From Nitrosopumilus sp. (GTDB taxonomy: Archaea; Thermoproteota; Nitrososphaeria; Nitrososphaerales; Nitrosopumilaceae), in the NCBI GenBank assembly GCA_965205215.1, contig OZ242041.1:128001-192000 (forward strand): DNA of 64,000 bases, written 5' to 3'. The notes beneath the pieces were generated by a model that searched no databases, was not told the origin of the DNA, and saw nothing but the letters and a program-made list of their open reading frames with translations. The position numbers and the translations under genes were made by a program. Positions 50,691-60,707 of this stretch are shown piece after piece. Within the stretch, counting starts at the first letter, position 1. Each line of letters starts with the position of its first letter.

Positions 50691-50865
50691 GCGTTATTTA
50701 TGCATGCAATGTGGGGCGTGCGGCGGCAGTGGCGGGGGTGCGAATACCGCCCCGCGCATCCGTCAGGCGCCAGACCGGGCCGGATTGAAGCAGGGCCGGC
50801 AAGCCACTCTGGCGCCGCGGCCGCAATACCCAAGTTTTTTATAAACATGCAGGAGGTGATACCCA

Positions 50866-51207
50866 ATGAAACAGATCACGGCAACCGTCCCGGCCAGCAG
50901 GAAGAACGCGGTCGTGGACGCCATTAACGACATAGTCGGGGGCTTCACCATCACCGAGGGAAGGGGCCGCGGCTCAAGCAAGAGGCAGACTGTCAAGATG
51001 GGAAGGGGGACCGGCTCGATGACTGCCGACTATAACGAGGTCGTGTCCATAGCAACCATCGTCCCCGACGCGGACGTCCCAAGAATCTCAGATGTGATAG
51101 CGGGGGCTGCATATACGGGAAGCCCGGGTGACGGAATCATAGTGGTGACAGATGTCGACAGCGTGCTGAACATCACAACAAAAAAGAGTGGTGAACAGGC
51201 CCTCTGA
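50866..51207 (+). CDS. P-II family nitrogen regulator
   Basis: GFTITEGRGRG, AYTGSPGDGII.V; TATA-like tttata at ~50837. Confidence 0.88.
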   Translation: MKQITATVPASRKNAVVDAINDIVGGFTITEGRGRGSSKRQTVKMGRGTGSMTADYNEVVSIATIVPDADVPRISDVIAGAAYTGSPGDGIIVVTDVDSVLNITTKKSGEQAL

Positions 51208-51366
51208 CCATTTTTTTTGGCCGCACACATGGCCGTCCACTTGTCGCGCCAAGCTGCCGCATGGCGCATGCCCGGCAGGGCCCGATGCGCGGCAAGCCAG
51301 ACAAGACACGGGGCGCAAAGGAGCCCCCCAAAAACCCAAAAAAGGAAGATGTGGGCGCGGTTGAAT

Positions 51367-51606
51367 CTACTGCTGGCCCTCGATTCCCATCAGCGTCAGG
51401 GTGGACCTAATCTTTGGAATCTTTCTAATCTTCCAAGTGATGGTCTCACGCAGGGCCTCGACCAAGGACGACTCCACCTTGGCCAGAATGTCGTACGCGC
51501 CAAAGGTGCCGTGCACTTCTACGACACCCTCTATGGATTTCAGCTCGTTTATAACAGCCTCTTCTGACCCCAGCTCGCAGTTTATCAGGACGTAGGCCGT
51601 GGCCAT
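51367..51606 (-). CDS. stand-alone Lrp/AsnC ligand-binding (RAM) domain protein
   Basis: AYVLINCELG.E, GAYDILAKVE, IRKI..IRSTLTL; no HTH. Confidence 0.88.
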   Translation of the reverse strand: MATAYVLINCELGSEEAVINELKSIEGVVEVHGTFGAYDILAKVESSLVEALRETITWKIRKIPKIRSTLTLMGIEGQQ

Positions 51607-51738
51607 TATGCGCATCCTCCATTAATCATACATCTATAGAAACCCCCAATTATATAAGATTGGCCAGTACGGTTCTCTCGAAAATACGGTTGCGGTAGTT
51701 TATATGTACTTATTAAGAAGGGGCATCACGCCCGCGCG

Positions 51739-52719
51739 TCAGCCCGCCGCGCAGGCGGCCCGAACGCCGTTGCTCATCACGTCGGCCAGCTGGTCTATGC
51801 CTTCTGAGTGGGTTATCCTGGAGCGCATCGTGGCGCCGTTGCGCAGCCCCTTTGTGAACCTCATTGCCTGCCCCTTTATGTTGGCAAAGCGGATCCGGTA
51901 CTTTGCGGCGATGCGGAGATACTCAAAGAACGCGTCCAGTCGATCCTCAAGCGTGTACGCAGAGTACGAGCCCGTGTCCAGGTAGTCGTTTATCTGCTCA
52001 AAAAGAAACGGGTTTCCCATCGCCCCGCGCCCGACCATGACATAGTCGCATCCGGTCCGGTCAATCATGGCCTTTGCATCCTCCGGTGTTGCGATGTCGC
52101 CGTTGCCCACTACGGGGACGTCCGACCTCTCCTTGAGCATCCTGATCATGTCCCAGTCGGCCCTGCCCGAATACCCCTGGCTGACCGTACGCGGGTGCAG
52201 CGTTATCATCTCGACCCCCTCGTCCTCGGCGATCCTTGCCACCTCCAGGAACAGAAACCGGTCCGACTCCGTCACGCCGGCCCTGACCTTTAGCGTGACG
52301 GGGGTCCTGCCCCCCGCCGCGCCGATGAGCGTCTGGAATATCTGGCGCGTCAGGTCCGCCTCCTGGAGGAGGGCCCCGCCGGCCATCTGGCTTGTTATGT
52401 GCGGCGCCGGGCACCCCATGTTGTAGTCGATGATGTCAAAGTGCGGCTCCACGATCCTGGCGGCCTTTGCAAGCGCCTCGAGGTCGGAGCCGAACAGCTG
52501 GACGGAGAGCGGGTGCTCCTCGTCTGAATACTCCAGAAACTCCCGTATCGTCCGGCCTTCCCCTGCAAGCTGCTCCTGCTTTGCCACAACGCTGTGTATG
52601 CTGGTAAACTCCGTCACCACGAGGGCGGCCCCCATCCTTCGGCACTGCAGCCGGAGGGCCGGATCACTTACGCCGGCCATCGGGGCGAGAAACGCCCTGC
52701 CGGAGAAGCGCGGAAGCAT
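51739..52719 (-). CDS. dus: tRNA-dihydrouridine synthase
   Basis: LAPMAGVSD, VQLFG, NMGCP, LHPRT, GNGDI, MVGRGA.GNP. Confidence 0.93.
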   Translation of the reverse strand: MLPRFSGRAFLAPMAGVSDPALRLQCRRMGAALVVTEFTSIHSVVAKQEQLAGEGRTIREFLEYSDEEHPLSVQLFGSDLEALAKAARIVEPHFDIIDYNMGCPAPHITSQMAGGALLQEADLTRQIFQTLIGAAGGRTPVTLKVRAGVTESDRFLFLEVARIAEDEGVEMITLHPRTVSQGYSGRADWDMIRMLKERSDVPVVGNGDIATPEDAKAMIDRTGCDYVMVGRGAMGNPFLFEQINDYLDTGSYSAYTLEDRLDAFFEYLRIAAKYRIRFANIKGQAMRFTKGLRNGATMRSRITHSEGIDQLADVMSNGVRAACAAG

Positions 52720-52776
52720 GAAAAAACGGATATCAAAAAGGTATATCTAGATTATTTCAGGGCCTGTCGCTCTCGC

Positions 52777-55668
52777 TCAGCCGGTAGCCGCCGCGTCAGG
52801 GCAGCCGTCCGTATCCTCAAAGCCGTCATAGTCCTCCGGCGCGGTCGGGCACTGGTCCTCTCCGTCCGGTATACCGTCAAGATCACTGTCGTGCCCGAAC
52901 CTCTGCTGCTCTGGGGCCGTGTCGGGGCAGCCGTCATGGTCGTTGTACTTGTTCCACACCTCGGGGCTTGTCGGACACAGGTCCACGTCATCCAGGTATC
53001 CGTCGCCGTCGCTGTCGGGCCTGTCGAGGATCGGGCTCAGAACCGGCCTCACGTCGGGGCAGCCGTCCCAGTCAAGGTAGTCGTTGAGGTTCTCCGGCTC
53101 GTCGGGGCAGTTGTCCCTGGCGTCGTGTATGAGGTCGCCGTCGGCGTCAGGCAGTGCCATTTCAGTGGGGGTCTGGACGGCGGCCGTGTCGGGGCAGCCG
53201 TCGGTATCGTCAATGAGGTTGTACACCTCGGGCTCGATCGGGCACGCGTCGGCGCTGTCAGGGATGCCGTCGTAGTCGGCGTCGTGTGCAGACAGCAGCT
53301 GGTCGGGGCAGCCGTCCCTGTCAAGCACGCCGTTTACAGTCTCCGGCTGGTTGGGGCACGAGTCGATCACGTCATAGAGTCCGTCGCCGTCGCTGTCCAC
53401 AATGGTTCTAGAGTCAGGTATCCCGTCGGGGCAGCCGTCGTCGTCCTGGTAGCGGTTGTACGTCTCCCTTGCGTTCGGACACTGGTCTATGTCGTCAGGC
53501 ACCAAGTCGTAGTCGGCGTCGCCGACCGGAGAGGCATACTGTATGATGTCCGGGCAGCCGTCCGTATCCTCAAAGCCGTTGTACCGCTCCGGCAGGAACG
53601 GGCATGCGTCACTCCTGTTTGGTATAAGGTCAAAGTCGCTGTCCACCACTCCCGTGCCGGACACGCCGGGCACCTCGGGGCAGCCGTCTGAGTCAAGCAC
53701 GCCGTTGTAGTTCTCGGGTTCTGACGGGCACTGGTCCCACCTGTCGTCTATGCCGTCTGAATCCGCGTCGGCGAGTATGAATGACGTGGTTATGACTCCG
53801 GGCGAGACTACGGTGCCGAGCGCGTCGGGGCAGCCGTCGTCGTCCTGAAAGTGGTTGTAGGTCTCAGGCTCCGTCGCGCACGCGTCGGCAGAGTCGGGTA
53901 TCCCGTCCATGTCAGCGTCCGCGTCGGCGCTCGCGCCAAGCGAGTCGGGGCAGCCGTCCGTGTCAAGATATCCATTTACGGTCTCCGGCTGGTTGGGGCA
54001 CAGGTCGATCGCGTCGATTATCGTGTCGCCGTCCGAGTCGTACGCCGGCCTCGCGTCATATATCGCGTCGGGGCAGCCGTCGTCGTCCTGGTAGCGGTTG
54101 TACGTCTCCCTTGCGTTCGGACACTGGTCTATGTCGTCAGGCACCAAGTCGTAGTCGGCGTCGCCGGTCGCAGCATGCTGAATGGTGTCCGGGCAGCCGT
54201 CCGTATCCTCAAAGCCGTTGTACCGCTCTGCCAGGAGCGGGCACCTGTCGATCGCGTCTGGTATCAGGTCAAAGTCGCTGTCCACCACTCCCGTGCCGGA
54301 CACGCCGGGCACCTCGGGGCAGCCGTCTGAGTCAAGCACGCCGTTGTAGTTCTCGGGTTCTGACGGGCACTGGTCCCACCTGTCGTCTATGCCGTCTGAA
54401 TCCGCGTCGGCGAGTATGAACGCCGAGGCTGCGGCGGCGCCTGGCGAGACTACGGTGCCGAGCGCGTCGGGGCAGCCGTCGTCGTCCTGAAAGTGGTTGT
54501 AGGTCTCAGGCTCCGTCGCGCACGCGTCGGCAGAGTCGGGTATCCCGTCTGAATCCGCGTCGGCGCTCGCGCCAAGCGAGTCGGGGCAGCCGTCCGTGTC
54601 AAGATAGCCGTTCATGGTCTCCGGCTGGTTGGGGCACAGGTCAATCGCGTCGATTATCGTGTCGCCGTCCGAGTCGTACGCCGGCCTCGCGTCATACAGC
54701 GAGTCGGGGCAGCCGTCGTCGTCCTGGAACATGTTGTATACCTCGCGCGCAAACGGGCACTTGTCCGCGGCGTCCCTCACCCCGTCATAGTCGGCGTCGC
54801 CGGATATCGAAATCTGCGGAGAGTCGGGGCAGCCGTCGTCGTCCTGGAACTTGTTGTAGTTTTCGCGCTCAGTCGGGCACTGGTCCTCCCCGTCCGGTAT
54901 GGAGTCATAGTCAGAATCAATGACCGGGTTTGATTCTGAGCCCGGCCTGTCCACGCACCCGTCCCAGTCAAGCACGCCGTTGTAGTTCTCGGGTTCTGAC
55001 GGGCACTGGTCCCACCTGTCGTCTATGCCGTCGCCGTCGACGTCGGGGAACTGGTACGGGTTGGGCTGTCCGTCGGGCACGGCATCGGGGCAGCCGTCCT
55101 CGTCGGCGACAAAGTTGTACACCTCCGGCTGCAGCGGGCAGAGGTCAAGCGAGTCTGATATCCCGTCCTGATCGCGGTCGGTAACCTCTCGCAGGTCGTC
55201 CGGGCACCCGTCGCGGTCGTCGACCCCGTTGAAGGTCTCCGGCTGATGCGGACACAGGTCCATAAAGTCAGGATACCCGTCAGAGTCCGCGTCCGCAATG
55301 GAGAACGGGCCCTGTCCCGGCAGCTGGTCGGGGCAGCCGTCCTGGTCAGATATGTTGTTGTAGGTCTCCTTCAGGGTGGGGCAACCGTCCAGATGGTCCT
55401 GTATCCCGTCCTCGTCGGTGTCGTACCACGGCACAAAGTCCGCCGGACAGCCGTCTATGTTCTGGCCGTACTGGGGATCGTAGTCCTCAGGCAGGTGGGG
55501 GCAGTGGTCCAACGCGTCCGGGACGCCGTCCCTGTCCGTGTCCACGTCCTGGTTTGCGTGCGCGGTGTCGACGCCGGAAGGGAGCATCCCAATGCTCAGG
55601 ATTAAAATGATCATTGTTATAGGAATGCCTAGGGAATGCATATCTCCAACAACATCTCTCGTTATCAC
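52777..55668 (-). CDS. secreted thrombospondin type-3 (Ca-binding) repeat protein, 22 repeats (start may be 55641)
   Basis: Signal peptide; DxDxDGxxDxxDxCP..PE.xN...D.DGCPD repeats counted by hand. Confidence 0.9.
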   Translation of the reverse strand: MITRDVVGDMHSLGIPITMIILILSIGMLPSGVDTAHANQDVDTDRDGVPDALDHCPHLPEDYDPQYGQNIDGCPADFVPWYDTDEDGIQDHLDGCPTLKETYNNISDQDGCPDQLPGQGPFSIADADSDGYPDFMDLCPHQPETFNGVDDRDGCPDDLREVTDRDQDGISDSLDLCPLQPEVYNFVADEDGCPDAVPDGQPNPYQFPDVDGDGIDDRWDQCPSEPENYNGVLDWDGCVDRPGSESNPVIDSDYDSIPDGEDQCPTERENYNKFQDDDGCPDSPQISISGDADYDGVRDAADKCPFAREVYNMFQDDDGCPDSLYDARPAYDSDGDTIIDAIDLCPNQPETMNGYLDTDGCPDSLGASADADSDGIPDSADACATEPETYNHFQDDDGCPDALGTVVSPGAAAASAFILADADSDGIDDRWDQCPSEPENYNGVLDSDGCPEVPGVSGTGVVDSDFDLIPDAIDRCPLLAERYNGFEDTDGCPDTIQHAATGDADYDLVPDDIDQCPNARETYNRYQDDDGCPDAIYDARPAYDSDGDTIIDAIDLCPNQPETVNGYLDTDGCPDSLGASADADADMDGIPDSADACATEPETYNHFQDDDGCPDALGTVVSPGVITTSFILADADSDGIDDRWDQCPSEPENYNGVLDSDGCPEVPGVSGTGVVDSDFDLIPNRSDACPFLPERYNGFEDTDGCPDIIQYASPVGDADYDLVPDDIDQCPNARETYNRYQDDDGCPDGIPDSRTIVDSDGDGLYDVIDSCPNQPETVNGVLDRDGCPDQLLSAHDADYDGIPDSADACPIEPEVYNLIDDTDGCPDTAAVQTPTEMALPDADGDLIHDARDNCPDEPENLNDYLDWDGCPDVRPVLSPILDRPDSDGDGYLDDVDLCPTSPEVWNKYNDHDGCPDTAPEQQRFGHDSDLDGIPDGEDQCPTAPEDYDGFEDTDGCPDAAATG
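53425..54697. repeat. near-identical ~640-bp tandem duplication within first TSP3 gene
   Basis: 53425-54066 matches 54067-54697 over long exact stretches. Confidence 0.85.
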
Positions 55669-55844
55669 GTGTTTATTAAGTATCGTGATGAATCATCGCG
55701 GCCTGATCGACAAAACGCGTGACGGCGCATGCCGCCGCCACGCAATCATCGCCAAGAACTACTTGCGTCGGCCCTTGGCAGTCCATTTATGAAGTTCATT
55801 TCGGCCGCTGCCGCGGCAGCCAGCATCCAGGGGCGGCAGGCAGG

Positions 55845-58256
55845 TCAGGGTGCGCCGCTGCCGTCATCCGGGCAGCCGTCTGTATCCTCAAAGCCGTCAT
55901 AGTCCTCCGGCTCGGTCGGGCACTGGTCCGCGTCGTTCAGTATGCCGTCAAGATCAATGTCGTGCCCGAATCTCTGCTGTTCCGGTACCGAGTCGGGGCA
56001 TCCGTCAAAGTCTAGGTACTTGTTCCACGTCTCAGGCGAGATCGGGCACATGTCAACCATGTCAACGTATCCGTCGCCGTCAGAGTCAATCATGAGCGGC
56101 GTGACGGACTCGGCCGCTGGAGTGTCCGGGCATCCGTCAAAGTCCAGGTAGCCGTTGTAGTTCTCAGGCTCGTCGACGCACTGGTCCCACCGGTCGTCAA
56201 TCCCGTCAGAGTCGACGTCGGGGAACGTGTACTGTGGAAGTACGGTCTGCGTGCTGTCCGGGCAGCCGTCGTCGTCATCCACCCTGTTGTACGTCTCCGG
56301 GGAGTTGGGGCACTCGTCGGCATTGTCCGGGATGCCGTCAGAGTCGGCATCAAGCACCGTCAGCAGGTCGTCAGGGCAGCCGTCGGCATCAAGAACACCG
56401 TTTACGGTCTCCGGCTGCAGCGGGCAGAGGTCAAGCGAGTCGGGCAGCCCGTCACCGTCCGTGTCAGATATGGACTTGTTGTCGGCAAGCGTGTCCGGGC
56501 AGCCGTCGTCGTCATCCACCCTGTTGTACGTCTCCGGGGAGTTGGGGCACTCGTCGGCATTGTCCGGGATGCCGTCAGAGTCGGTGTCGCCCACATAGTC
56601 GCTGGGGACTGACTCGGGGCAGCCATCCTCGTCCCGGTATCCGTTGTACCGCTCGGCCACATCGGGGCACATGTCCGACTCGTCGGGTATGCCGTCATGA
56701 TCTCCGTCCGGTATAATGATGGAGGTGGCAGCCCTCATGTCCGGGCAGCCGTCCCAGTCGAGGTAGTCGTTGTAGTTCTCAGGCTCGTCGACGCACTGGT
56801 CCCACCTGTCGTCTATACCGTCAGAGTCCGTATCGGGAAATGCAAACACGGAGGGCGCCGTGGACGTCTTGTCCGGGCAGCCGTCGGTATCCTCAAAGCC
56901 GTTGTAGGACTCCTGCTCGGACGGGCAGAGGTCGTCCACGTCAAGCAGTCCGTCACCGTCGGTGTCCGCATTCAAGAGCAGGCTGTCCGGGCAGCCGTCG
57001 AGGTCTTGGAATCCGTTCATGGTCTCAGGCTGGACGGGACAAAGGTCAATGCCGTCTGGTATGCCGTCAGAATCCGAGTCCACGATATTGGTGGCGGCCT
57101 TGTAGGCCACGATGTCAGGGCACCCGTCGTCGTCCTCGTACATGTTGTATACCTCCGCGTTGAACGGGCAGGCGTCGTCATGGTCTGAGACGCCGTCCCT
57201 GTCAATGTCGCCGTTGAATCCAAGCTCAAGGACGTCCGGGCAGCCGTCGTCGTCGGCTATGCGGTTGTAGTTCTCCCGCTCAAGGGGGCACTCATCCACG
57301 TCGTCGGGGATGCCGTCGTAGTCCTCATCCCGCTGCTCGAGGGACTCCGCACCCGGCGTGTCCGGGCAGCCGTCCCAGTCGAGGTAGTCGTTGTAGTTCT
57401 CAGGCTCGTCGACGCACTGGTCCCACCTGTCCTCTATACCGTCGGAGTCCGTGTCCGGAAACTCGTACTCGGGCAGCTCAAAGGGCGCCGTGTCGGGACA
57501 TCCGTCGCCGTCCTCGTACCTGTTGTACGTCTCCGGGGAGTCCGGGCAGTCGTCCATGCTGTCTGACAGCCCGTCACGGTCTGTGTCGAATACGATCGAC
57601 GGGTCGTCGGGGCAGCCGTCCAGATCGTTGAGCCCATTGAACGCCTCCGGCTGGTTGGGGCACAGGTCGATATAGTCGGGGAACCCGTCGCCGTCGGTGT
57701 CAATGTCCATGCTGGGCGCCGTGATGGGTGAGACGTCCGGGCATCCGTCGGCGTCGGCAAACCTGTTGTAGGTCTCCTTGACAGTCGGGCAGTTGTCTAT
57801 GTGGTCCTGTATCCCGTCCTCGTCGGTGTCGTACCACGGCACAAAGTCTGCCGGGCAGCCGTCTATGTTGTCGCCGTACTGCGGGTCATAGTCCTCCATG
57901 AGGAACGGGCACTGATCAGAAGAGTTTGGGACGCCGTCGCCGTCTATGTCAAGGGCGGTGACGGACTCGGCATGGGCCGCCGGCAGGGACAGCATGGAGG
58001 AGGATGCCGATGCAAGTCCTACCGTCAGTATGGCGGCCAGCATAAAGCCGGTCGCGATGCGCCTGCCGCGGGTAGCGGGGCCGGAGCTGCCAGAGTTACC
58101 GCGATTGCTGCCGCTGTTGTTGTTGTTGTTGTCGCTACCGCCGCCGCGAGCCTGCTGCGCCGCGCGTGTCGCGGCCTTTGCCCTTGCTGTAATTGTCGCC
58201 GACACAGTCATGCCACCACATCTCCGCTCCCTTTCTCCTGCCATTAACTTCATCAT
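55845..58256 (-). CDS. secreted thrombospondin type-3 repeat protein, 17 repeats (start uncertain)
   Basis: Same repeat; hydrophobic signal ..AAHAE; low-complexity N-terminal leader. Confidence 0.88.
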   Translation of the reverse strand: MMKLMAGERERRCGGMTVSATITARAKAATRAAQQARGGGSDNNNNNSGSNRGNSGSSGPATRGRRIATGFMLAAILTVGLASASSSMLSLPAAHAESVTALDIDGDGVPNSSDQCPFLMEDYDPQYGDNIDGCPADFVPWYDTDEDGIQDHIDNCPTVKETYNRFADADGCPDVSPITAPSMDIDTDGDGFPDYIDLCPNQPEAFNGLNDLDGCPDDPSIVFDTDRDGLSDSMDDCPDSPETYNRYEDGDGCPDTAPFELPEYEFPDTDSDGIEDRWDQCVDEPENYNDYLDWDGCPDTPGAESLEQRDEDYDGIPDDVDECPLERENYNRIADDDGCPDVLELGFNGDIDRDGVSDHDDACPFNAEVYNMYEDDDGCPDIVAYKAATNIVDSDSDGIPDGIDLCPVQPETMNGFQDLDGCPDSLLLNADTDGDGLLDVDDLCPSEQESYNGFEDTDGCPDKTSTAPSVFAFPDTDSDGIDDRWDQCVDEPENYNDYLDWDGCPDMRAATSIIIPDGDHDGIPDESDMCPDVAERYNGYRDEDGCPESVPSDYVGDTDSDGIPDNADECPNSPETYNRVDDDDGCPDTLADNKSISDTDGDGLPDSLDLCPLQPETVNGVLDADGCPDDLLTVLDADSDGIPDNADECPNSPETYNRVDDDDGCPDSTQTVLPQYTFPDVDSDGIDDRWDQCVDEPENYNGYLDFDGCPDTPAAESVTPLMIDSDGDGYVDMVDMCPISPETWNKYLDFDGCPDSVPEQQRFGHDIDLDGILNDADQCPTEPEDYDGFEDTDGCPDDGSGAP

Positions 58257-58271
58257 CGCAATATCATGGGG

Positions 58272-60707
58272 CTACGGATCAGGGCAGCCGTCCGTGTCAA
58301 GGTTGCCGTCAAAGTCCTCCGGCTCGTCCGGGCAGACGTCCGCACTGTTTATGATTCCATCAAGGTCACTGTCATGCTTGTATCTGGACTGCTCCGGTAG
58401 CGAGTCGGGGCAGCCGTCGTCGTCCTTGTACTTGTTCCACGTCTCCGCGAGGTCCGTACACTGGTCAACGCTGTCGGCAAACCCGTCGCCGTCGGAGTCC
58501 ACCTGCGGCGTCGCGAACGGTATCGAGTCGGGGCAGCCGTCATAGTCCACGTACCGGTTCCACGTCTCAGAAAGGTTCGGGCAGACGTCCATATTGTCCG
58601 GAACCCCGTCGCCGTCCTCGTCTGGCATGGTCTCATTGGAGTCGGGGCAGCCGTCCTCATCGTCCAGCCCGTTAAAGGTCTCCGGCATCGAGGGGCACTC
58701 ATCGCTCACGTTGTTGATGCCGTCGCCGTCAGAGTCGGGTATCGCACCGTTGGTGGTGCCCGGCGTGTCGGGGCAGCCGTCGTCGTCCTCAAAGCCGTTG
58801 TAGGATTCCGGTGCAATCGGGCACATGTCCGACTCGTCGGGTATGCCGTCAGTGTCCCTGTCCATGAGCGGCTGGTAGTCGTCGGGGCAGCCGTCCATGT
58901 CAAGCACGCCGTTCATGGTCTCCGGCTGGTTGGGGCACAGGTCGCGATAATCGGATATTCCATCGCCGTCAGAGTCCGGCTGTCCCTTGTTGCTTGGGAC
59001 CGTGTCCGGGCAGCCGTCGGAGTCTACGAAGAAGTTGTAAGTCTCCGGCGCCGCCGGGCAGACATCCGCTCCGTCAGGTATGCCGTCCGAGTCGGTGTCA
59101 AGCGAGGCGTCAAAGCCCGGATAGTCGGGGCAGCCGTCGGAGTCCTCAAAGCCGTTGTACGTCTCCCTGGCAAGCTGGCACTGGTCGTCCACATCCAGTA
59201 TTCCATCAAAGTCGGTATCGGCCTCCAAGGTGCTGTCATCGGGGCATCCGTCATAGTCAAAGTAGTGGTTCCAGGTCTCCGGCTCGGTGGGGCACATGTC
59301 CATTCCGTCCCTCACCCCGTCGCTGTCCATATCAGACACAAACTCGTCGGGGCAGCCGTCCGTGTCGAGGTATCCGTTTACAATCTCGGCATCTATCGGG
59401 CACTGGTCGACAAAGTCAGATATGCCGTCCCCGTCCGCGTCGCGGATAATCGTAGTCGGGTTGGAGTCAGGGCAGCCGTCCTCATCGCTCACCCTGTTCC
59501 ACGTCTCTGGTGCAAGGGGGCACTCGTCCGCAGAGTCCGGAATGCCGTCCAGGTCACGGTCAGGCACGTAGACGCTGTCGGGGCAGCCGTCCAAGTCAAG
59601 ATAGCCGTTCATGGTCTCCGGCTGGTTGGGGCACAGGTCCTTGTAGTCGGATATGCCGTCCATGTCAGAATCCGGAACAAGCGTGATAGAGCCGACCGTG
59701 TCCGGGCAGCCGTCGTCGTCCTGGTACCGGTTGTAGGTCTCCATGGCGTTGGGGCACTGGTCCACGCTGTCTGGAATCGCGTCACGATCCGAGTCGGCAT
59801 CAGTCGTATACGGCGGGATGTCCGGGCAGCCGTCGTCGTCCTCAAAGCCGTTGTACCGCTCTGGAATAAGCGGGCACATGTCCTCGTGGTCGGGCACCCT
59901 GTCGCCGTCGGCATCGCCTGGCGCGCTGTCAAGGTTAGGGGGAGAGTCGGGGCAGCCGTCAAAGTCGGCAAACTGGTTGAACGTCTCAAGGTCAGTCGGG
60001 CATATGTCGTATCTATCTGCAATGCCGTCGCCGTCGGTGTCCGTCGTGTCAGAGTCGGGCGTGACGTCAGGGCAGCCGTCCAGATCGCGGTACCCGTTTA
60101 TGGTCTCAGGCTCCGTCATGCACTGATCAACCTTGTCCTGGACACCGTCGCCGTCGGTGTCAACAAACGACGGATCGCCCGGTGTATCAGGGCAGCCGTC
60201 CGTATCCTGATACCGGTTGTAGGTCTCCGGGGCGATCGGACACGAATCCAGGCTGTCTGCAATGCCGTCGCCGTCCCTGTCCCCGTCGCTTGGCGAGTCG
60301 GGGCAGCCGTCTAGGTCAAGATAGCCGTTGAACGTCTCCGGCTGGTTGGGGCACAGGTCGACCAGATCAGAGAAAGAGTCCGAGTCCGAGTCGGGCAGGC
60401 CGCCCGTCCCGCTTCCGGGAGCCGTATCGGGGCAGCCGTCGTCGTCCTCAAAGCCGTTGTGTTGCTCCCTTAGGGCTGGGCACTGGTCTAGATGATCCTC
60501 TATGCCGTCCTCGTCCTCGTCATACCAGGGCACAAAGCTGGACGGGCAGCCGTCCAAGTCACCCTCGTAGTCCTCCATCAGGTTGGGACACAGATCCTCG
60601 TCCTCCATTATGCCGTCCCTGTCTGGATCGGGATCTGCAAAGGTCTGGGAGGCAAACGGGACGCTGGTGAGAATAGCTACAAGTAGGAACATGAAAGGAA
60701 GCGCCAT
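58272..60707 (-). CDS. secreted thrombospondin type-3 repeat protein, 20 repeats
   Basis: MALPFMFLLVAIL..TFAD signal; same repeat; AT-rich promoter at ~60745. Confidence 0.9.
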   Translation of the reverse strand: MALPFMFLLVAILTSVPFASQTFADPDPDRDGIMEDEDLCPNLMEDYEGDLDGCPSSFVPWYDEDEDGIEDHLDQCPALREQHNGFEDDDGCPDTAPGSGTGGLPDSDSDSFSDLVDLCPNQPETFNGYLDLDGCPDSPSDGDRDGDGIADSLDSCPIAPETYNRYQDTDGCPDTPGDPSFVDTDGDGVQDKVDQCMTEPETINGYRDLDGCPDVTPDSDTTDTDGDGIADRYDICPTDLETFNQFADFDGCPDSPPNLDSAPGDADGDRVPDHEDMCPLIPERYNGFEDDDGCPDIPPYTTDADSDRDAIPDSVDQCPNAMETYNRYQDDDGCPDTVGSITLVPDSDMDGISDYKDLCPNQPETMNGYLDLDGCPDSVYVPDRDLDGIPDSADECPLAPETWNRVSDEDGCPDSNPTTIIRDADGDGISDFVDQCPIDAEIVNGYLDTDGCPDEFVSDMDSDGVRDGMDMCPTEPETWNHYFDYDGCPDDSTLEADTDFDGILDVDDQCQLARETYNGFEDSDGCPDYPGFDASLDTDSDGIPDGADVCPAAPETYNFFVDSDGCPDTVPSNKGQPDSDGDGISDYRDLCPNQPETMNGVLDMDGCPDDYQPLMDRDTDGIPDESDMCPIAPESYNGFEDDDGCPDTPGTTNGAIPDSDGDGINNVSDECPSMPETFNGLDDEDGCPDSNETMPDEDGDGVPDNMDVCPNLSETWNRYVDYDGCPDSIPFATPQVDSDGDGFADSVDQCTDLAETWNKYKDDDGCPDSLPEQSRYKHDSDLDGIINSADVCPDEPEDFDGNLDTDGCPDP